Below are positions 31,917 to 38,401 of a stretch of 40,772 nucleotides of DNA, piece by piece. The stretch spans positions 567,549 through 608,320 of the forward strand of contig CAVRKE010000001.1 of the NCBI GenBank assembly GCA_963722305.1. The letters are read 5' to 3'. The stretch's first letter is position 1. Every line of letters begins with the position of its first letter. Position numbers and translations under genes: made by a program. The notes under the pieces were generated by a model. That model worked only from the letters and a program-made list of their open reading frames with translations. It did no database searches and was not told where the DNA came from. The DNA is from Candidatus Levyibacteriota bacterium (lineage in GTDB: Bacteria; Patescibacteriota; Microgenomatia; Levybacterales; UBA12049).

Positions 31917-32930
31917 ATGAAAACAATCATCAAAATTTTATTAATTTTCACAGTATGCAATTTATATCAATTGTTAGTTAACGTAAACATCGCTCAGGCC
32001 CAAACTGTGGATTTAGGTATTTATCCGCCGGTTTTCCAAATTCAGGCCACTCCGCCTGCCATCATTAAGGCGCCTTTTTTTATCCAAAATTATTCTGACT
32101 CGAGTATCAATTTGCTTATTTCCCTGATGCCATTTACCGCCGCAGGCACGGAAAACGGCACTGTTTCATTTTCCACCGACTTTAGCTCTTTTCCCGACCC
32201 GTCGCTGTTGCAGAAAATTTCCGTCGCAGATAACAACAATGCTCAAATCCAAACTCTCACTTTGGCTCCAAAACAAAAAAAGAACCTCAACTTAGACATT
32301 CAAATTCCCAATAACCAAAGCAAGGGCGATTATTACGTTTCACTTATTTTTACTTCAAGTAACCAAAATACCGTTAATAATAGTAACTTTTCCGCAGCCA
32401 CCGCCAGCATTGCCAGCAATATTCTTTTATCGGTCGGCCCGGTTGGGCAAACCAAAGGCTATATTGAGAATTTCTCCGCTCCGCCGCTTATGACTAGTGG
32501 CCCTGTTCCCTTTACGGTGAGCATTAAAAATACCAGCGACCATTATATTACCCCCCAGGGAGACATTGTGATTACCAATATGTTTGGCCAAAACATCGGC
32601 AAAGTCAACCTTCTTCCCGTAAATATCCTTTCCAATACGGTAAGAAGAATGCCCGACTCTATCCAGTCGGATCTCAATTCTAAAGATTACCAAACAGTGA
32701 AGGCTGTAGCGGACAGCAACCGGTATCCGGTGGCGGTCTGGCCGGAAAAACTGTTAGTCGGCCCTTATACGGCCACCCTAACCCTGGCTTTATCGACAAG
32801 TGGACCGCTTTTTCGGAAAACCGTCTTTTTCTTTGCCTTCCCGAGTGAATATTTACTCGGGATTTTGGCAATAATTATTATCATTACTTTTATAATTTTA
32901 AGGATCAAAAAGAAGTTTAGGCAATTTTGA
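31917..32930 (+). CDS. Secreted, C-terminally anchored surface protein (DUF916/DUF3324-like), paralog 4, module 1
   Basis: It has a signal peptide ending AQAQ and the motifs KGDYYVSLIF and NTSDHYITPQGDIVI, with a C-terminal TM helix plus RIKKKFRQF tail. It starts 3 nt after the preceding stop. Confidence 0.72.
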   Translation: MKTIIKILLIFTVCNLYQLLVNVNIAQAQTVDLGIYPPVFQIQATPPAIIKAPFFIQNYSDSSINLLISLMPFTAAGTENGTVSFSTDFSSFPDPSLLQKISVADNNNAQIQTLTLAPKQKKNLNLDIQIPNNQSKGDYYVSLIFTSSNQNTVNNSNFSAATASIASNILLSVGPVGQTKGYIENFSAPPLMTSGPVPFTVSIKNTSDHYITPQGDIVITNMFGQNIGKVNLLPVNILSNTVRRMPDSIQSDLNSKDYQTVKAVADSNRYPVAVWPEKLLVGPYTATLTLALSTSGPLFRKTVFFFAFPSEYLLGILAIIIIITFIILRIKKKFRQF

Positions 32931-32950
32931 GGCCAAAATCCAAATTGTTC

Positions 32951-34214
32951 GATAGCGTACCAAATTTCGTCTGCTTTTCAGTTACAAATTTAGGTAATCA
33001 ATTCCCCTAATGTTTACTCCCGCTAATTCCAGTGGCGCTTTCCCATTCTTTAATCTGTTCATATCACCTCTGCAATCGGTAAACTTGGTAAATCTTCTAG
33101 CCAATGCCCAGGTTTTTAAGTAATGCTCTGCATTTTCTTTGTTTCTGAACATATTCCAGCTTTTTAACCTCAAGCTTAGTTGCTTAAACAGGTTCTCAGC
33201 GTCATTGTTGTAGCTGGGAACAAAGTATTGATCGTGAAAGCGAAAATGGGTGGTCAGTAAAAACAGATGTTGATTTAAGCTTTGCATGATTAGTCTTTGG
33301 CAGCGGGTCTTCGCTAGTGTCTGAAGTACCTTTAATTGCTCTAAACACTCTTCCTCTTTTCTCATTGCCAGCGCTAACCAGACGTAACCAACCAGGTTTT
33401 CGGTTATCTTCCTCTCCTCCCGCTTTTCTTCCCTGGCGATTGTTTTAAGTGTTTCAATGAAATGCCTGACACAGAGCTGAACACCGATACTTGGACCGTA
33501 GATTCTCTGTGCTCCTGTCATTGTCTCCGGATTTCCGTCACAGACTAACACTTTTAAATCATAGCCAATATCATTTTTCAATGTTTTGAAGTACTCATAC
33601 AGATCGATTTTGGTTTCTCCCTCAGCCATTTGGTAATGGGGTAAATCTTTGGTCATCACATCCACACCCGCTAACCAGGTCTTTTTCAGAAGATATGATT
33701 TCTCATGACCGCTTCCTTGAAACCGCTCGGCTATTGGATCAAAGACACGAATGATTTTCCCATCCACCGAGAGTACATGTCCCCACTTAGGCTGAAAATG
33801 TTTGGCTATCCAGATACTGCCTTTTGTTTGTTTGGCAACCTCCAGAACGGCTAATGAAACTGTGGTTTTGGAGAGCCTCTTTCGTCTGGCAATGGTGCGA
33901 ATGCTGCTTCTGCCTTCCAAACTGTCACGGAAGACCTTCTTCTGAAGTGCTTGACCGATTATTCCTTTCCTGTGTTTAAAACTGAAGTATTTGTGGCAAT
34001 TAAGACAAACGAAACGCTGCTTCTGATACCGTTTTTCTTTTCCTACCCATCTGTTTCCAGCCCGTCTTGTTGAAAGTGATTGACAGATCGGACATCGTAT
34101 TTTTTTTCCTTATATTTCACCTCCTAGCTTCTGTTACCAGAGGATACTCAATCGATTATCTCAATATGATAATCCGAATACAACGATTTACCCCACTAAT
34201 ATTGGTACGCTATC
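32951..34214 (-). mobile_element. Insertion sequence (IS1-family-like), 1264 bp, with 13-bp perfect terminal inverted repeats and an 8-bp target duplication
   Basis: IRL is GATAGCGTACCAA (32951-32963) and IRR is TTGGTACGCTATC (34202-34214). The direct repeat AATTGTTC lies immediately outside both ends (32943-32950 and 34215-34222). The element encloses a single transposase frame. Confidence 0.85.
32982..33920 (-). CDS. DDE transposase (Zn-ribbon, HTH and DDE; IS1 InsA/InsB-like layout)
   Basis: The track ORF starts at TTG 33920. The same frame stays open to 34109 and there encodes CPICQS...(x17)...CLNCHKYF (Zn ribbon) and the HTH IRTIARRKRLSKTTV. Catalytic-like residues are VDGK, LVCDGNPE and NNDAENLFKQLSLRLK. 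No ATG, GTG or TTG occurs in that upstream extension. Confidence 0.75.
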   Translation of the reverse strand: MEGRSSIRTIARRKRLSKTTVSLAVLEVAKQTKGSIWIAKHFQPKWGHVLSVDGKIIRVFDPIAERFQGSGHEKSYLLKKTWLAGVDVMTKDLPHYQMAEGETKIDLYEYFKTLKNDIGYDLKVLVCDGNPETMTGAQRIYGPSIGVQLCVRHFIETLKTIAREEKREERKITENLVGYVWLALAMRKEEECLEQLKVLQTLAKTRCQRLIMQSLNQHLFLLTTHFRFHDQYFVPSYNNDAENLFKQLSLRLKSWNMFRNKENAEHYLKTWALARRFTKFTDCRGDMNRLKNGKAPLELAGVNIRGIDYLNL

Positions 34215-34226
34215 AATTGTTCCCTA

Positions 34227-34257
34227 TTGACAATGTGTGAAAAGTTATTCATATAAT
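34227..34257 (+). promoter_or_regulatory. Candidate sigma70-type promoter (TTGACA ... TATAAT) for 34267-35712
   Basis: TTGACA lies at 34227-34232 and TATAAT at 34252-34257, a 19-nt spacer that is longer than optimal. The ATG follows 9 nt after the -10 box, which would imply a leaderless or near-leaderless mRNA. No Shine-Dalgarno sequence is visible. Confidence 0.3.
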
Positions 34258-34266
34258 AGTATATAG

Positions 34267-35712
34267 ATGGAAGTTAACAAAAGAATTATCCTGTCCATGA
34301 TTGTCCTTCTATGGGGAGGATTATTTTTTGTCAAAGCCGCCCAGGCGGCTACCCTTACGGCAGTATCCGATTCTGTCTCCACTTCTCGACCTTCTGCCTC
34401 CGCTCCGCTGGCCGCAGACCAAGCAGCAGGAGCAGCTGGAACTTCGGTAGCAATTGTCGATAACGGCTCAACTTTCCTGGCTTCAGATTCGGCTGTGGTC
34501 ATGCCGGATCCAAACGGAGCTGAAACAATAGGCAATACTGTCTTAATTGCTTCAATGTCAGCCAGCGGAATTCCGTCGGCCGGCCAAAAAACTGTTTATT
34601 TCGGCGGACCTTGTGGAGGAAGCGGTTGTTTGTCACTTGCTCACCATAAGGGAGATGCCATAGTCACCCCTATTACTGCCGTACACATTATTAAATTTAC
34701 CACACTAACCCCAATTCCAACTAACGGATATATCACAATTACTTTTCCGGGTGCGGGAAACAATTCTGCTTCGCCATCCGCTACAACCTTTGCTTTTAAT
34801 AATTTGGCAGCAGCCGGAGTAACCTTTAGCGCCAGCACCCAGTGTCCAACCGGTCAAATCACAATCAATGCGCCAGTCATCCAGTGTAAAGTCACTTCTG
34901 GTCCACTAGCCGCTGGCACAATCACGGTGACAGTTGGTACTGTTCCGACAGTGATTAACCCGACTAAAACTTTAGCCGCCGGCAGCAGTGACCAATGGAA
35001 AATCGCCATCCAGACTACAGATGCCGGTGGCGCTCCGCTTGATTCCGGTGCTACGGCCATTGCTACGAACGAATCTGTCCAGGTCCAGGGCACGGTCCAA
35101 CCGTACATTACTTTTACCATCGCCGGCGTGCCAAACGGAACACTTGCCTGCACTTACGATACCACCAATCCGGGGGCAGGTAACGATTCAACCGCCACTT
35201 TTGTCAATCTCGGATATTTATCAAACACACAATATAACGTTTCTGCCCAAAACTTATTTGTTAGCACCAATGCCGGGTCTTACGTCATTACTGCCACCTC
35301 TTCCGGGAAGTTCTGGAATCCTAGCTCAGGCTATGTTATCCCCGATAATATTGTTAATGCCGGCCAAAATGGTTTGCAAGGCAACGACAGTCCGGTTCCT
35401 GCGCGTTTTAACGCTTATGGAGCGAATTACTCATACTTTGGCATTCATCCGTGTGCAGCCGGTACCTCATATCAACCAACAGTTGCTACCGGAACTTGGG
35501 GCACCGGTGGAGTGATTGGGTCGGCAAATGCCCTTTACTCAAATCCCTGGAACGCAGGCACGAATAGCTATTATGCAACCATTTCTAATTATTCTTTAGG
35601 TTCATCTTCATTGAGTCAAACAACCATTGAATATGCTGCTACAGCAGGAGCAATTGTACCGGCAGGAACCTATTCAACAGTTTTTACTTACGTCGCAACA
35701 CCGACATTTTAA
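34267..35712 (+). CDS. Secreted beta-rich surface protein ending in YVATPTF (WxL-like C-terminus), module 2
   Basis: It has a signal peptide (IILSMIVLLWGGLFFVKAAQAA) and a Thr/Ala/Gly/Ser-rich body, noticeably more GC-rich than its neighbours. The C-terminus is AGTYSTVFTYVATPTF. Confidence 0.75.
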   Translation: MEVNKRIILSMIVLLWGGLFFVKAAQAATLTAVSDSVSTSRPSASAPLAADQAAGAAGTSVAIVDNGSTFLASDSAVVMPDPNGAETIGNTVLIASMSASGIPSAGQKTVYFGGPCGGSGCLSLAHHKGDAIVTPITAVHIIKFTTLTPIPTNGYITITFPGAGNNSASPSATTFAFNNLAAAGVTFSASTQCPTGQITINAPVIQCKVTSGPLAAGTITVTVGTVPTVINPTKTLAAGSSDQWKIAIQTTDAGGAPLDSGATAIATNESVQVQGTVQPYITFTIAGVPNGTLACTYDTTNPGAGNDSTATFVNLGYLSNTQYNVSAQNLFVSTNAGSYVITATSSGKFWNPSSGYVIPDNIVNAGQNGLQGNDSPVPARFNAYGANYSYFGIHPCAAGTSYQPTVATGTWGTGGVIGSANALYSNPWNAGTNSYYATISNYSLGSSSLSQTTIEYAATAGAIVPAGTYSTVFTYVATPTF

Positions 35713-35715
35713 AAT

Positions 35716-36744
35716 ATGCATAAGCAACTGCCCAACCAAATAAATAAATACTACAAATGGCAAATTCTACAAATATCTAAATATCGAGTTATTGGTTTAT
35801 TGATAGTATTGGTATGTATTGGTAGTATTCTGGCCCAAGGGGCCAGAGCCCAAGAGCTACAAAGGTCATACACTGTCATTAATCCGCAAATTGAGGTTAA
35901 ATTAAACCCCGGAGCAAGATCCGAGGGAACAACCGAACTAATCAACGACACCGACGTGCCTTTAACCTTTAATTTGACTGTCAGGGATTATATTGTTACT
36001 GACACTATTGGAACACCCAGCTTTCTCCCTGCAGGCACCTTAAACAATAAATATTCTGCTGCTGCCTGGATAGCCATTTACCCCGACACCTTTACTTTAA
36101 ACCCGCATCAGGTACAAAAAGTCAATTATTACGTCCAGGTTCCGGCCAACGCCAGTCCCGGCGGCCATTATGCCGGAATTGTCTATGCTCCGGTCACTAC
36201 TCCCCAGAAAAAAACCGGTGGCGTAGTCAATACTCAAGTCGGCTCTTTGTTTTACATCACGGTTAACGGTCCGGTTACCGAGAACAGCCTTGTCTCCAAG
36301 TTTTTTGCCTCTCCATTCCAAGAGTACGGCCCGGTGAAAATCTTAACTGAAATTAAAAACCTGGGCGACCTCCATATTAATCCTAAAGCCACTATCACTG
36401 TTTCCGGATTTTTCTTCAATCAAAACCAAAATTTAGCCAGATATAATATTTTCCCCGAAACCGCCAGGGATTTTGAGAACAGTTTTGGCCAAACACTGAT
36501 GATTGGCAGATATCGAGCAGTTTTGATGGGCACCTACGGCCTCAACAACAACTTGCCTTTAGTTGCCACCGTTTATTTCTGGGTCTTCCCTTGGAAGATA
36601 GCCTTAGTAATTATACTCGTCATCGTCGCCCTGATATTGACTGCTCTCTACCTCAGGAAGAGAAAGAAAGCTAAGGCTGCTAAAGAGCCTCAGAAACCAG
36701 AAGCTACACCAACTGCTCCACTGATTAAAGAAGAAACAAAATAG
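35716..36744 (+). CDS. Secreted, C-terminally anchored surface protein (DUF916/DUF3324-like), paralog 5, module 2
   Basis: It has a signal/anchor (VIGLLIVLVCIGSILAQGARAQ) and the motifs SPGGHYAGIVYAP and NLGDLHINPKATITV, with a TM helix plus RKRKKAKAAKE tail. It starts 3 nt after the preceding stop. Confidence 0.75.
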   Translation: MHKQLPNQINKYYKWQILQISKYRVIGLLIVLVCIGSILAQGARAQELQRSYTVINPQIEVKLNPGARSEGTTELINDTDVPLTFNLTVRDYIVTDTIGTPSFLPAGTLNNKYSAAAWIAIYPDTFTLNPHQVQKVNYYVQVPANASPGGHYAGIVYAPVTTPQKKTGGVVNTQVGSLFYITVNGPVTENSLVSKFFASPFQEYGPVKILTEIKNLGDLHINPKATITVSGFFFNQNQNLARYNIFPETARDFENSFGQTLMIGRYRAVLMGTYGLNNNLPLVATVYFWVFPWKIALVIILVIVALILTALYLRKRKKAKAAKEPQKPEATPTAPLIKEETK

Positions 36745-36866
36745 CTTCCATTTCTCGCAACGATATCGTTTTTCCTAAAGTCAAATCTCTGTGACTATTG
36801 ACTTGGTCTTGGTTGAGTGGGGACTTTCCGTCTTTGCATTCTATCTTTACTTTAATGAACGCTACG

Positions 36867-36950
36867 GAGAATTGAGAATTGAGAATTGAGAATTGAGAAT
36901 TGAGAATTGAGAATTGAGAATTGAGAATTGAGAATTGAGAATTGAGAATT
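36867..36950. repeat. Perfect (GAGAATT)x12 heptanucleotide microsatellite
   Basis: Counted directly: 84 nt. It lies between convergent genes and ends 3 nt from the stop codon of 36954-37793. Confidence 0.97.
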
Positions 36951-36953
36951 CTT

Positions 36954-37793
36954 TTAGTATCCCATCCACCATTTGTGATGCAAGGGGCGTTTTTTCTCGA
37001 ACGGATGGAAACCAATCAGCTTTATTAACAGTATAATAATGAGGATAATCAGCGGTATTAAAAGCCAAAGCGGCCCGAGCGCCAAATTGGTTAGGAATTT
37101 GAGTAATTTGTCCCAGAGGTTTTTAAGAAAAGCCAGAAACTGATCCCACCAGGAAAGTGACTTCAGCTTAAGCTTCTTTGTTGGCTCCAGCGATTGCTTA
37201 TGATTAAGCTCTGCTCTGGTATATAAGCTGTAATTGCCTGCTTTCAAATCTTTAATCGTAAACTCATAGTAACCAGTGGGGTCTGCCGTGGTTGTAAGCA
37301 CAGTTCCGTTACTTAAGTAAAGGCTAACCAGTGCCCCAGGCATGGAATAACCAAACGCTTTGGCGCTTGAGCCCTCGTTGATTTCGGTTCGTGAAAGGCC
37401 CAGCGTTGGCGGAAGAAAGATATCCTTCATGGTTACCGAAGCCTGGGCCGGCGGAATGTTAAAACAGGTATAGGACTCCCCCAGTCTTTCAAAATCAATG
37501 GCATCCAGACAAAAACTGGAAAAGCCTCTTTTAATTAAGACGTCTGTAATATAAAAGTCTCCATTTCCGTCGGCAACCGTCGCCCGGGCAAAAATTCCAT
37601 CAATGGTTAAAACAATTGAGGCATTAGGAGCAATGTATCCGGAAAGATTAAGGTAAAACTCCCCAACCGAGGCCTCAACCTGAGTAGGCAGAGCAGCCGT
37701 TGGCAAACGGGTAATTTGCGAAAAAACAGGACCAGATAAACTAAAAACCAGTATGAGTGTTGATAATAAAAATATGGGCAGTATCTTCTTCAT
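36954..37793 (-). CDS. Secreted protein with two Ig-like/carboxypeptidase-regulatory-like domains and a C-terminal TM anchor
   Basis: It has a signal peptide (ILPIFLLSTLILVFSLSGPVFSQ). The motifs ADGNGDFYITDV and TADPTGYYEFTIKDLKAGNYSLY are typical of such beta-sandwich domains. A hydrophobic helix lies near the C-terminus. Confidence 0.7.
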   Translation of the reverse strand: MKKILPIFLLSTLILVFSLSGPVFSQITRLPTAALPTQVEASVGEFYLNLSGYIAPNASIVLTIDGIFARATVADGNGDFYITDVLIKRGFSSFCLDAIDFERLGESYTCFNIPPAQASVTMKDIFLPPTLGLSRTEINEGSSAKAFGYSMPGALVSLYLSNGTVLTTTADPTGYYEFTIKDLKAGNYSLYTRAELNHKQSLEPTKKLKLKSLSWWDQFLAFLKNLWDKLLKFLTNLALGPLWLLIPLIILIIILLIKLIGFHPFEKKRPLHHKWWMGY

Positions 37794-38401
37794 TGGTTAA
37801 ATAATAGCACTTCTATTGTATATTGTGAGGAAAAATACGGCAATAATCAAGCTGTATTCTAGCAAAAGCAGTGTTTTGAGGACAGCTGATGATTTTTAGC
37901 AATTTTTCAGAAAACTAATGAACGATTTTACCGATATAACAGTCTAAACTCCATTATTAAAGACGCTATCACTTTGATAATCGAACTGCTAAATTATGAT
38001 CTGGATAGGCAAAACCCTCCTTGTAAAAACAGACGTGAAAAACAAACACGCCTATGTGAAAGATTGTCGTTACAAAACCGAAGCTAAAAATAAAAACGGC
38101 AAGTTGATATAAATCGATATATTATGAATGAGATAAATTTGCACGTCAAAAAAACCTTACTATGCGTAAAAACAAGAATAATTGGTTAAATTTTCACGGT
38201 TTTACCTGGTGATTAGCATATATAACAATGTGCTACAAAATGTATCATCAACATTTACTCTGGGCTCTTGACATTGTTTTCATAGACTCCTTATTCTAAT
38301 AGTGTGGTTAATTTTTTTTTATTAATCGAATATAAACCGTATAATCCGTATAATCTCGAAGCTAGATGGTCTTTTTTTGAGAACTTCTCTCGGCAATAAG
38401 C

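Noticed and set aside
34988-35515. 175-aa alternative-frame ORF and two antisense ORFs within 34267-35712
   Set aside because: The host gene is GC-richer and Thr/Ala/Gly-rich, which leaves other frames open. Only the 481-aa frame has a signal peptide and the conserved ATPTF terminus.
36867-36950. Possible CRISPR array or repeat-protein gene (the NSQFSIL-repeat ORFs 36725-37015 and 36862-37068)
   Set aside because: It is a contiguous 7-nt microsatellite with no spacers. The ORFs are a by-product of a stop-free repeat and overlap the better-supported 36954-37793 gene end.
38337-38354. Tandem CCGTATAAT CCGTATAAT (two perfect -10 boxes) upstream of the giant gene, as a promoter
   Set aside because: No convincing -35 box lies at proper spacing (the nearest TTGACA at 38268 is too far), so it is not listed as a feature. 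It may still be an extended -10 type promoter.
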